Below, piece by piece: positions 12,662-24,690 of a DNA stretch of 64,000 nt. The translations under genes were made by a program, and so were the position numbers. Every line of letters begins with the position of its first letter. Positions within the stretch are counted from its first letter, which is position 1. The notes beneath the pieces were generated by a model. That model searched no databases. It worked only from the letters and a program-made list of their open reading frames with translations, and had not been told where the DNA came from. This stretch comes from Macrostomum hystrix (lineage: Eukaryota; Animalia; Platyhelminthes), in NCBI GenBank assembly GCA_950097015.1, contig CATNEN010000038.1, forward strand, positions 16,864,001 through 16,928,000, in the 5' to 3' direction.

Positions 12662-12960
12662 ACAGAACAGTCTATGGCTGCTTAAGCAGCGGCATCAGTC
12701 AGAACAGTCTATGGATGCTTAAAGCAGCGGCATCAGTCAGAACAGTCTATGGCTGCTTAAGCAGCAGCATCAGTCAGAACAGTCTATGGCTGCTTAAAGC
12801 AGCGGCATCAGTCAGAACAGTCTATGGCTGCTTAAAGCAGCGGCATCAGTCAGAACAGTCTATGGCTGCTTAAAGCAGCGGCATCAGTCAGAACAGTCTA
12901 TGGCTGCTTAAGCAGCGGCATCAGTCAGAACAGTCTATGGATGCTTAAAGCAGAGGCATC
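12662..12960. repeat. 37-38-bp minisatellite with internal palindrome GCTGCTTAAGCAGC
   Basis: CAGAACAGTCTATGGCTGCTTA(A)AGCAGCGGCATCAGT. Confidence 0.9.
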
Positions 12961-13750
12961 GGTCAACTAACAACAAAGATAGTTAAAGTACGAGTACAAC
13001 ACATTGTTTTAACATTTTTTCTTTAATACAGCCTTAAAAGGCCCAAGTAACCTAATTATGCTAGCATTAGCTAGCTTAAAAACAGTTTTAATTAAATTCT
13101 AACTTTGAGACTGAGGGCAATATAATAAACCTAATTGTAGTAGATGTCAAACTATTCTATAATAAGATAGTTCTAATTTTGGTAAAAAATATCTTGCATT
13201 GATAGTCTTTTTATATACTACAAGTTTGTCTCAAACTCTGTTATATGAATATATTATAGTTAGCTGTTACAACACTAATATGATGTCAAGAAGGCATAAG
13301 CCTTTTATAGACATATATATTATAATTTAAGAGATAGCTAGGCTTTATATAAGGATTTAAGCAATAGTGACTAAAAATATGATACAAAAATGGGCTATAG
13401 TAGTGATTATGATGCCAGATGATCTTGAGCTAGATCTGATGATTAAAGAGTGAACAATCTAGTCATAATTTATAAATAACAAGTAAATAGGGGCCCAAGA
13501 CTATTAGGCTCCAACCTGACAAGCTGGAGCTATATTCAGAAAATATATGCCAGATATATAATCTCAAAAGATATCTCCTTGCTACAGGGCCATATTAGGG
13601 CAATACAGAAAATATCTCAATCATACATATTCAAAAATTTTAGGTGCAAAAATAACTTTAATCTTAGGGCCAACTGCATAGAGATCAAGAACATAAATAT
13701 ACAATATCATTATTGTAGGCATATTATATATATTATATACATTATTGAAC

Positions 13751-14132
13751 AGGGGGTCAGTGGAAGAGCAGTTAATGTGTTTGCCTCTTGCACCACCGTC
13801 TCTAAGTTCGATTCCATGGTGAGGCCACATTTGTTTGGGGTGCAGCCATGGAGAGAAGGCTTAGGGCTTGTCATGCGATTACTCCCTTGAGGGCCAACCT
13901 CCAAGGCACAGTGAAAGTGTACACTGCCTGACAATGAGAAAGTCAGGGCAGATGTACACACCTGTGTGAGCATATGCCTGCGTACGGTATCTGTGTGCGT
14001 GTGTGCTCAGGAGTCAGCGAAATGGGCAGAATTGCCTCCTAGCTGGCTCCAGTCCAGGTCTAGTGTCACTAAATGATGTGCCATTCCCCGCAGCCCTCCT
14101 GCAATTACTATCATTATTATTATTATTATTAT
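13751..14132 (+). mobile_element. tRNA-derived SINE, family A (full length)
   Basis: GGGGGTCAGTGG A-box...GTTCGATTCC B-box head, (TTA)n tail, target-site duplication TTATTGAACA. Confidence 0.88.
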
Positions 14133-14419
14133 CTTATTGAACACTATTTGAACAGATCTTAAATCCAGTTTTGTGTTAAGTCAAGTGCATTCTGATTTTG
14201 ACTAAAGCAACTTATCTCTAACTGCAGAGTTTTAATTTAGTATTTAAATCTTGCAACCTGACAAACTCAAAATGTAACAAGTAGCTTTTATGACATACAC
14301 TTTTTATTTATCATGGTAACATCACATTGTTTACATGTTCAGAACAATACAACTAGTGAGAGGTTTGTAGCCATGTAATGTTTATTTGTAATAGATGGAG
14401 AACTGGTAACAAGGGTTGG

Positions 14420-14872
14420 GGACCAGTGAATTTAGTGACAACTAATTTGGCAACAAGTCAGTTTGGCAACAACTAATTTGGTGACAAGTATAGACATATA
14501 GTTATTAAACTGAACTAAAAAGCACTTTCAAAAACTATGCCTGCTTGCTAAGATTAAAATAAATAAAATAAAATAAATTTGTGGGTTTATTTCCATTTTG
14601 CCGTACATGTAAATCTCTAATCTTTGTAATCTGTTGTACTTTCTTCATCATTCATGCTGTGCCAAGCTGATACATGGTACATAGATGGCACTTTTCATGT
14701 TGTGAATGCACCGTTTGCATAGCCGTAGGCCTACAGCATCCATGTCTTCATTAGTGTCTTCATTAAACAATTGATCAAAATAACTTCTTGCAGAACCCTA
14801 TTTGCTGTCGCCAAATTGACTGTTGCCAAACTGACTTGTCTCCAAATTGGTTGTAGCCAAATTGGACTGTCA
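14420..14872. mobile_element. Putative MITE with inverted ends built from ~15-bp subrepeats
   Basis: Left end (aatttggcaacaag/gtcagtttggcaaca)n is the reverse complement of the right end (tgttgccaaactgacttgtctccaaattg)n; non-coding interior. Confidence 0.55.
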
Positions 14873-15859
14873 CAGAATTAAAGGAAGATGTAATCAAGCA
14901 GCGCGTTCCAATAGATTGCGATGATTGACAGGCTGGTGCATGCACATGAGCATAAGTCATATGCATACTGCCCAGCCCAATGCAGGTGATAGACAAAATG
15001 GGGTTGAGGTGGTCACCCTAGCCGCCACACTAGTCTATATCAAAATTTACTTTAGTTAAGCTTTAGGCCCTAGGGAATCAGAGTAATGCACATTGCACTG
15101 AAGCTACAAGAATGCTATGAAAATAATTGCAGATAGCTAGCTACAGCCTACAGAATTGCTATGTTAAAGTATGGGTTCCCCAACATACATTTTATATTTT
15201 TCTGATGGAAATATTTTGTCTTACGTTTTCAAGAGTTGAAATAATCACAAACTCTTGAGCCATTTGAGTTTATCTCAGACTCTGACACAAAACTCAGTTT
15301 CGAAAACATGCGGAAGTTTTGTTTTCAGGCAAAGGGCATAAATACATATAGAGTATACTATTTGAACTAAACATTTATTGCATTGTTAAAGGAACACATA
15401 ATCATACATAGATATTAATATTTTTAAAAGAAAGAAGCCTCCCCACAGCGGCAACAGCCCACAGGGCCACAATAGATAAAAAGAAAGTATTTTTTGCAAT
15501 TTTTCAATATTGATCTACATATTGAACGGAAAAACGTTCACATAATAGACGCGAAGGCTCTTTAAAGGGTCCATAATAAGTCATAATAAAGCCCTTCATT
15601 TGTATTTGTCTTTATCTATGATTGAAATATAAAATATAACGGAATTTGAAAAGGAACGTAAGAAAGAAAAACTGCTTAGTTCTAGGAAATAACAGTAAAA
15701 CAATTTTTTTACGTCTAAAGGCGGAGTAATACTTGTACAAAAAATGCTAGAACGTAGGAAAATATTATAAAAAAGCATATAAAAATATTTTTTTAATTCT
15801 GTTTTAACAAGAAACAAAAATTGCCTCAGCGTTATGTATGCACAAAATATTCTAAATTC

Positions 15860-15994
15860 TCAGTTGCGCTGAAACTCGTGCCGGGCTAGCTAGCCGCTCG
15901 GCCAGTTCTTAAGGAAGCCGCGGTAACAGCTCTACAACTCGGCATCTGTAAACAGCGTCTGCCTCGTCAGGTCGTGAAGCTCGCGTGGGGTCAG
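15860..15994 (-). pseudogene. Neuronal calcium sensor (NCS-1/frequenin/hippocalcin family) N-terminal fragment with in-frame stops
   Basis: Reverse strand reads LTPRELHDLTRQTLFTDAEL*SCYRGFLKNWPSG*LARHEFQR, compare NCS consensus [29 protein letters not shown]..FQKIY; both stops are TAG at Gln positions. Confidence 0.8.
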
Positions 15995-17587
15995 CTATAA
16001 TTAATATGATTTTGTTCCCATGTCAGGGGACAAGGTCAGGGCGGACGCGGCTGAAATCAATGGTGGCACTACCAAATCCACTTAACTTTTAAACTTCCTA
16101 GTCCGCTCGACTTATGAAGAAAATCTGAAGTCCAAGCTTAAGTGACCTCAGCTATCTCTGAGCAAAGCACATGTACATCGTGTCTGAACCAAGGACCACT
16201 TATATAGGAGTAGTTATATATAACTTGCCTAACATGTTGCTTAACCTAATTGTATAAAAGTTTTCTACATGAAAACTTTTTTTCTAAGCGGCAACGGCGC
16301 GCCAAGCGATGTAAACGCACGCTGGCGACAAGCTGGTGACGACAGCTTCGGAGAACCAGGATCGCAGCAGGACTGACTGCAGAAGCTGCCGTACGATACC
16401 TGGGCCTACAACACTTCCGTACACAGCACCAGCCGGCATCAGCCCATATCAGATCCTTCACAGCTAGCCACGGAGGCTGGCTCTCGACAGTTGGCTGATG
16501 AACGGCGACCAGCCGGCAGCGGACGATGGACATAACGGCTTCTTGCGGCAGACTCAGGAGAACCTGCAGAGCGCTTAATTCGATTCGGTGCATTTGACTC
16601 TGTCTGAAAAGAAAGGGGGGTTGTTTTAAGTGAATTTCCGGTAGCAGAAAGATTTATCGCAGTGTTTAAATTATGATTTTGATCGACTGATTAGAACATG
16701 ATTAGAGCACTGAAGAAGAAACAGGTAAAAAGTTAAGTGTATCTATGGAACTTTTATACAGTACGGAAATAATTGACAGCCATTTGCAGTGTTGCTTTGG
16801 TGAGCTGCTTATTTGTTTTCTCTCAAATCATGTTTTCTTAGCTCCTTCTGAGAACATCTATGGCAGAACTTGAACTGCACTCTATTTTTCGTCGTACGAT
16901 ATTAACTGATCGCACTCTAGAAATATTGTTTGTGTTTTTAAGAAGTGGCACAGTTCTGTAAAGTCAAGAAAATTAAGAAACTCTCGGTGGTAATTAATGA
17001 GATGCAGAGTGATGCTGAACCATTGTATACTGTTCACAAACTCCGGCCTTACCCTCTGCTAGTATTTTGTCGATTGCTTAAAACTGGATTCTGATGCCGG
17101 CAACTTTTTTCTAGCAGTAAATTCAATCAATATTTCCCTTTTGTTTGACACCAAGGTTGTTGGAAACGGTTAATCCGATCGTTCACTGTTTTAATAATTC
17201 CCGCTATTTTTTTCCAGCCCTTGTACGTATTTTGCGCTAGCGGTCTCTATGGCAGCTGATTATTACGTTCACTACAATCACTTCTATAGTCGACTGCGGG
17301 ACCTCGATATCAGATTTGAGTTGTTATTTCACCTTTAATTTTGCCTTCCCTATGGATTTCGTATATCCATCAATGCTTGGATTCCCAGTCACTTTATTCG
17401 CTCCTCACCAGCGATTGTAATCTGTATTCACCTGAGGCAGAGCGGGTGTAGCAGCTCATGCGCAAAGCTCACTGTAGCGTGACCTGTTGAGTCGAGTCCC
17501 TCAGCGCAAGTGTTTGAGTCTTTGATGCCGCCATTTTCGATTTGACAATGCTCCATTATTCAAATAGAATGCGCAGCTCCAGCGACT

Positions 17588-17600
17588 CGCATAAATAACG
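17588..17600 (+). promoter_or_regulatory. TATA-like box of the WSC gene
   Basis: CATAAATA here and TATAAATA at the homologous position (~19092) of the duplicate. Confidence 0.4.
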
Positions 17601-17685
17601 GCGCTCTGCAGTCAGAAATTGAAACTGCCTGCGAAGGTGGGCATCCATTTAATAAAAAATGTATACGGAACTGCAGCTTTTAGAC

Positions 17686-18549
17686 ATGTCGAATTTTCTA
17701 CCTGCGATACCTTGCTTCATGACCCTGCTTGCGAGCCTTGCCGCTGCTTCGCTTTCATACCGCCAGTTCGAAATCGTGAGCCTCGGCTGCTACGTGGACG
17801 GCACCGATGGAGTGAGAGACTTGCAGGGCCTGATGAAAGACTGGGGAGTCAACAGGATTGGCAGTGTAGTGGATGTCATGCAGGAGGACTATGGAATCCG
17901 CTCCGAAGCGATGACCTGGGAGCTGTGCAGCGGCTTCTGCGCTCTGGGCGGCTTCCAGTTCATGGCTGTACAGGGCAGGTCCTGGTGCGCCTGTGACAAC
18001 TCGTACGGCTCGCAGGGACGAGCACCTGACTATGAATGCTATTCCACTTGTCATGGAAACACAGCCCAGATTTGTGGAGGCCCATGGAGAAACAGCGTGT
18101 CTCAAATAAACTACATCTATGGCAGTAAATGCAGTGAGTTCAACAAACAATAAATCTGTCAACAATGTGATGCTGTTTGAGATCAGTTCAATTGACTGCT
18201 GCCACGGGTCTAATCGCACCACACATTTTGAGTTGAAAAATTCTATGTCACAGCTTTACGAGATATACAATCGAAATTTGCATCAGACAGGATGCTTCTG
18301 ACTTGAATCACTTCAGAAAGCAAATTCATCAAAGGAAATTGGACTCTAATCGGCCTGAGCAAATCGGACACAATGACCTATAGGACGATGAGCGCTCTGA
18401 ACGTGGCACAATGCCTGGTCCTGTGCGCCACGGGCTGTGAGGCCGCGATCTTCAACCCGGAGATTGACCTGTGCTACCTGCTGGAGTTCGCTGCCGCGCC
18501 AACTGCTCTAAGCAGCAGCAACAATGTCCAGTTCTATGTCCGCGCCTAA
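17686..18549 (+). CDS. Secreted WSC-domain + PAN/apple-like protein, 2 exons (17686-18133, 18317-18549), ~226 aa
   Basis: Signal peptide; WSC motifs LGCYVD...MTWELCSGFC...AVQGRSWCAC...C...CHGN..QICGGPWRNSV; exon 2 carries AQCLVLCATGCEAAIFNPEIDLCYL (PAN-like); phase-1 GTGAGT..TTCAG intron; alternative in-frame ATG at 17659. Confidence 0.85.
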
Positions 18550-19039
18550 AACTAACTCATGCAGCACTCATTGTGTTGCAATATCTGTGATACACCACGG
18601 TCCCTGCTAAAATATACACAAAGACGGGCATACGTTCGTTGTAGCAAGTTGCAAATATTCCTTGTTGCAAATGTCAATGTCAGTAGGCATGCGGCACCGT
18701 CAGTCAAGGCTCGTTCACAATGCTCATACGAGCCTTTACAGATGCGCATGTTTAACACCATGTTTCCACCTCTCTGAAGTGCATTGATATCTGCAAAAAT
18801 GATCATCGTTTCATCAGAAATCACTTCCTGGAAGTGCAGTCTTTGTAAAGCGTCTGGTTGACATGTCAAGCATATAAAAATTATTTATCTGAGTAGAGCT
18901 TGAGCTGAAGCATTTGAAATTTTGTTTTAGTATGAAATCAGTTCAAATTCTTTTATTCGTTGCAATGCTATGAAAAAAAGGTATAGAACTTCTTTCAAAA
19001 ACAAACAGCCAGACAAAAAAAACTTTTTTTTGACAAAAT

Positions 19040-20040
19040 CGACAGTGCTCGATTATTCAAATAGATTTCGCAGCTCCAGTGCAGCGACTCGTATAAATAA
19101 CGGCCTGTGAAAAAGCGATCAGTTTTGTAAATATTTTTCATGTAGCTGCCGCTTTTAGTTATGTCGACTTTTCTACCTGCGATACCTTTCTTTATGACTC
19201 TGCTCTTGAGCCTTTCCACTGCTTCGCTTTCATACCGACAGTTCGAAATCGTGAGCCTCGGCTGCTACGTGGATGGCACCAACGGAGTAGGACACTTGCA
19301 GGGCCTGAATCGTTGACCCTGCAGCTGTGCAGCGGCTTCTGCGCTCTGGGCGGCTTCCAGTTCATGGGTGTACAGGACGTTCGGTGGTGCCACTGTGGTA
19401 ACTCGTTCGGCTCGCAGGGGCGAGCACCGGACTATGAATGCTCTCGTATTTGTTCGGGTAATGCCGCCGAGATTTGTGGAGGCCCATAAAGGAACAGCGT
19501 GTATCAAATAAACTACATTAATACAGCAGTACATGTAGTGAGTCATACAAAAAATATATGATGAGTTCTTAACTTTATTTAAGTATTATATTTTGTTCTC
19601 GAGCCTAATCGAGCCAAAATATTCACTAGAAAAAGTTTTGATGTCGCAAGTTTCATGTTATTAAAATTAATTTAGCAAGCAGTAGGAAAAATTCCATGTG
19701 CATTGAAAGCAGACTTGCTTGACTGAATAAAACAGAATGCTTATCGCTTGAATTACTTCAGAAAGCAAGTTCGTCATTGGAAATCGGACTCTAATCGCTC
19801 TAGGCACAATGCCCTACAGGACGATGAGCGTTCTGAACGTGGCACAATGCCTTATGCTGTGCGCCACGGGCTGTGAGGCCGCGATCTTCAACCCGGAGAC
19901 TGACCTGTGCTACCTGTTGGAGTTCGCTGCCATGCCAACTGATCTAAGCAGCAGCAACAATGCCCAGTTCTATTTCTGTGCCTAAGACTAACTCAACGCT
20001 CCGTGTGTTGCAATGTCTGTGATACACCTATGTCTGCTAA
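19040..20040 (+). pseudogene. Tandem pseudogenised duplicate of the WSC/PAN gene
   Basis: Promoter, both exons and 3' flank are homologous to 17540-18620; frameshifting deletion near 19305 (..CTG AAT CGT TGA) and a TAA replacing the Trp of CGGPW at ~19486. Confidence 0.85.
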
Positions 20041-20082
20041 AAATATACGATCTTATAAATGTCAATTAAATCTTACAGATGG

Positions 20083-20397
20083 CGGGGGTCGGTGGCAGAG
20101 CGGTTAATGCGTTTGCCTCTCGCACCAAGGTCCCTAAGTTCGATTCAACGGCGAGGCCACATTTATTTGGGGCGCAGCCGCGGAGAGAAGGCTTGGGGGC
20201 TTTTCGTGCAATTTACGCCCTTGAGGGCCAATCTCCAAGGCACAGTGAAGTGTACGAGTACACTGCCTGACGATGAGAAAGTCAGGGCAGATGTACACAC
20301 CTGTGTGAGCGTATGCCTGCGAACGGTATCTGTGTGCATGTGTGCTCAGGAGTCAGCGAAATGGGCAGAATTGCCTCCTCGCTGGCTGCGGGTCTAA
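20083..20397 (+). mobile_element. tRNA-derived SINE, family A
   Basis: GGGGGTCGGTGGCAGAGCGGTTAA...GTTCGATTC head; body homologous to 13751. Confidence 0.88.
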
Positions 20398-20689
20398 GGA
20401 GCGCATTGAGCAGCATTTTCTTAATTGTCCAGGACATCACTAGGAAGAAGAAATAAGAAAGTGGAAGAAAAACATTCCAGTTGGCCTGAAGCCTGCACTC
20501 CCCAACCAAAGTCGCTGACAAATCGAACGACGACATCTGCTCGCTGCTGAGCGGCCATTTTCGTTCGTGACCCAGCCATCGTTCGCTATGTACATGTACA
20601 TGATCCGGCATCGCCATGTGGTCCTTTCTGCTGCTCCGGACGTGAAAACGCCGAGCATTTCATCTGCCACTGCCCGGCCTTCACCCGGG

Positions 20690-22260
20690 CTAGGCTAAAA
20701 CATCTCGGGCCGGCACCGACCCTTGCCGAAGCCTGCTCGCCCGATAACATTCCACAACTCGCCCACTTCCTCCGGGATACCGGCCGAGCTGAGTTCTTCC
20801 CAGCCTATGGCGAGGAAGATCACGCGGCGGAATCGACCGACGGACCACCCTGAGCGGCACCGCCTCGCTGGAGGCCGTCTGGCTGCCAGGGGTTAGCGAT
20901 ATGGGCGGCATGGGCCGCCTCCTCGCTGCGTCCGTCACGGAGGCTCCCTGCCGCTAAGTCAAGTAAGTAAGTCAAGAGCGGCCATTTCAATCCGAGACAA
21001 CCGAGCCCAGTGTGCTGGAGAGTCTGTGGCAGCGTTTCTGGTGGAGCTGCGGAAGCTGGCCGAGTGCTGCAACTTTGGCAACGGCTTGTCCCAACATGCT
21101 GCGTGACAGACTGGTGTGCGGCATCGCTGATGGAGCTGACCTTCACCCTGGACACAGCAAAGAAGATCGCTCAGGCGGGCGAGAATCAGGAGCCATTAAC
21201 TGCCGGTCACTGGGATCAGTGATCTTGGCAGCACCGACGCCATCGACGAGAGAGCGACGCTGTGCTGCTGAGAGAGCGGCAGCAACCAGAAGAAGATTGC
21301 AGACAGCTGCCAGCCGAAGGCCGTCGGCGCTGCTTCTGCTGCCTCTTAACTCGTCACCTGGCCCCTTCTTGGACAAGCTGGTGGACACACCAGCTGGTGG
21401 AGCAGGAGACAACGTGCGAAAGCCCAGACCAGGTGTCTTAGCCGTTCTAGTACTTGTGATCGGACCGGCCTCAGTCAAGGTTTCCGCCGATCGGTCTTCA
21501 TCGAAGTGCGGCAGCACGAGATGGAGGTGGAAACAGGTGCGTCTGTGCCGTTTCACATTCAAAACGACCCTGGAAGACCTAGTTACACTGTCGCGGTCAA
21601 CCATTCAGCCCAGCACCTCAGGTCAGGCCGTGTGCGTTCTGGGCCAGATGAGGCGCAACTGCGGCAGCTCGTTGACACTAGCGACGGTCCGAGCCTACTC
21701 GGCCGGGATCGGCTGGCCCAGCTGCGTCTGGACTGGCAGTCAGTCAAGCGTATCGGTGAGCCAGCTGAAGAGCTCATCAAGGTGTTCTCGGAAGTCTTCC
21801 AAGGCCTGGGAGAGTTCAACGGCAAGCCAGTGTCTATCAGTATCAAGAAGCAGGAGCTGGTGGCCCGGCATGGACCGTGATATCGAGGCGAAGGCAGCAG
21901 AATGCCATGGTTGCCGGAAGGCACCAGCGAGTCGTTCCGGAGGTGCCACTGCAACCATGGCAGCTGCCGAAAAGGCCCTGGTCACATTAACTTCGCAGAC
22001 CCCGTTCAATTCAGTGGATACTTGCCATGTGATGACAGCAACCACGAGCTCGGCAACGATAGAGAAGCTACCAATGGCCATGCCTAACAAACAGTGCAGA
22101 CCGTCAAGAACTGTCTGAAGAAACATGCAAGCGACGGTCAAGTCTGTGGAGACGCTGGTGGCAAGATTCTTGCTCAGCTAACGCACAACGCCGCACCTAA
22201 AGACAGGAATGGCTCCGTGTGAGCTGCTGATGCGCCTCTTGCTGAGAACGCTCCGCTTAA
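20690..22260 (+). mobile_element. Degenerate, internally deleted Ty3/Gypsy LTR retrotransposon remnant
   Basis: Fragments in shifting frames: Gag MLRDRLVCGIAD, protease MEVETGASV...LLGRDRLAQLRLDW, integrase WWPGMDRDIEAKAAECHGC, PWSHINFA, FLLS*RTTPH.KTGMAPCELL; RT/RNase H absent; LTRs not identified. Confidence 0.8.
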
Positions 22261-24079
22261 AAAATATAGTACATTCACGCGTGTAGCTAATGGTATATGA
22301 ATACTAACGGCGCCCTCTGATTTCCCACTAACGCCCTTAAGGCATGGGTATTACTGTTATTGTGCCATAGAAATTTTAGCCTCAGTAAGCCATTCATTTT
22401 GGTCGATGCCTTTAGATGAATTAATGCTCGGTAATTTCATCGTCGACAAGAACTGATCAATGCTACTTGACTCCAGTATCTGAAGCCAATTGTATTGCGA
22501 GATAGCCGAGTCCTCTTGACGCCCAGCAGTTTGACGAGTGACAAAATCTAGTTCCTCGGTTGACAATCCAGCAATGTCTTCTTCGAGAATACCGTCGTAG
22601 ATAATCAATATCTATGTGAAATGCTATGTAGAATTTTTAAATAACTGTTTTTCAGTTTCAATTCTCTGATTCTCTGCAGAGTGAGATCTTTTGGCTCAGT
22701 CTACGATTTTACTTTCTACTAAAATATCCTATGGTAGTCTAGGGAAAAAATACCGAGCATTAATTTATCTATTTATCTAGTTTTTTATTTATCAAATTTA
22801 TCTAGAGCCATCTATGGCCCTATACGAGTCTTGCCACAGATTTCGCGGCTCTGTTGTCAACACGATGCCAGGACGTCTAAAATTCATGCAATAAAGCTTT
22901 CTGTAATAACTTTTTTATTAAACAGGACCTGATAAAATCAAATAGAACAGTACTTTCATTATCGGAATTGGCTTATGAAATTTTGTTAAAAATAAATAGG
23001 TTGATGTCTATTAATAGACTCTAAAGGTTTTCATTCCTGAGATAAAATCGCTATTGTTTATATCTTATGCATTTTGTAGCTCCAGTTCATGTTAACATTG
23101 TAGACTGAAAGCAAGGTGCTTGTGTCATCTATTTTAATCACAGGTCAGGACCCATAACTACAACTCTTGCACAGCGCTTGCGCACTACAGACAAACCGCA
23201 TAGCACTGCGGGAAATGAATGCGAAAGTTTACAGTAGAAGTACCAAGGGTAATGCTGGAATTCCCTCTGACAATTGTGAGGGACACTGACTGGCTCATGA
23301 AGTAATTCTAGAACACAGGCAAGATTTTTGCGCGAAATCTGAAACTGTATTTGAGACAGCGAGAACGTCGAGATATTCAACTATTCTGAAAGATGGTCAG
23401 TTTTTTAACCTTAGCTCTAAGTTAATTCAGTACACCCCTGAGTGGTAATTAGCTCTGAAAATAGCTCAGCATAGATTTACGAACGTACCAAGCATCCATA
23501 TTTTTAATCATCAGGTTTTGAAGATTTTAGTAATGGTCTTCACCATGCTTCTACAGAATCACTGATTAAGCTCTGCATAGAAAGCAAACTTTGCTATCTT
23601 GTTGAAACAACGTTATCGAGACATGACAACCATCTCAAATGATAGAAAGTCGTGCATTTTTTTAATTGCAGTTTTTTTGGAGTCCTTGATTTGCTTTTTC
23701 TCTTTTGTTAAAAATTGACGAGCCATGTGACAGCTAAAAAAAATTTAGTCACAATTAAAAAACGTCAGAGTTTCATAATTCTTCCTTCTTTTTATACACG
23801 AATGGTAAAACTTATAGCTTCCTAGTTACACTATTTTTATAAAGATATAATAGACTTAATAGAGATTTATTTTAATATTTTCATAGGGTGCATCGATCTT
23901 ACTGGGTTACACCAGCTTCACTCCACTAAAACACTGACCTTCTGTTTACTATGCACTTCTTTCACTAACTATACTTGCACTTTGACGGTAACTTTTTGGA
24001 TAAATTCTTTCAGAGACCAAAAAAGCAGTAAATGTTTGCTTGATGGCTGTGTGGGCAAATCGGCAAATCGTTTGGCTAT

Positions 24080-24690
24080 GCCTCCTAGACCCGCAGCCAA
24101 CAAGAATGACATTCTGCCCATTCCGCTGACTTCCGAGCACACACCTACACAGACAGTGTACGCAGTAACTTATTAATTAATAATTTATTACTGTAATTAC
24201 TATTAGATGTGCCAGCTGTGTCAGAACCAGATCGGCAGATGTGCAGCCGACAGCACTGCCGCAGCTATTGCGCGCATCTGAAGGCTGCGTACGTCTGTTC
24301 AGTCCATGGACTGGGACGCCACATGCCCCGCAACCATAGTTAATCCAGCTAATCCAGTAACCCATTTAACAGCGGGGCAAACTGAAGCAAGGAATACTTT
24401 GGTGTCCATCTAAAAGATACATATTTTTCCAGTGGAGTCAGGATTCAAACCCCAGACCTTCATGTAGTGAGACCGACGCTCTAACCACTAGGCTACAACT
24501 CCTACAGGTGTACAGACTACCTGTACGCAGACACATCCTCACGTAGGTGTGGACATCTTCCCTGACTTAAGGGCGTAAATTGCACGAAAATTTGACGCCA
24601 AGTCCTTTCTCGGCGGCAGCGCCCCAACTGAATTTGGCCTCGACGCGGACATGAAACACGAGAGGCAAACACCTTAGACAGCTCTGAAAC
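24080..24690 (-). mobile_element. Old SINE A interrupted by a SINE B insertion (24170-24497)
   Basis: SINE A 3' part 24080-24165 and 5' part 24520-24690; TGTACGCAG duplicated on both sides of SINE B. Confidence 0.7.

Noticed and set aside
15860-15994. TAG=Gln alternative genetic code or readthrough
   Set aside because: Intact genes here use CAG/CAA for Gln with no in-frame TAG; the fragment has other disabling changes (W->C, C->W) and lacks the rest of the gene
20083-20160. tRNA gene
   Set aside because: A/B boxes are present but continue into a multicopy SINE body; no clean cloverleaf
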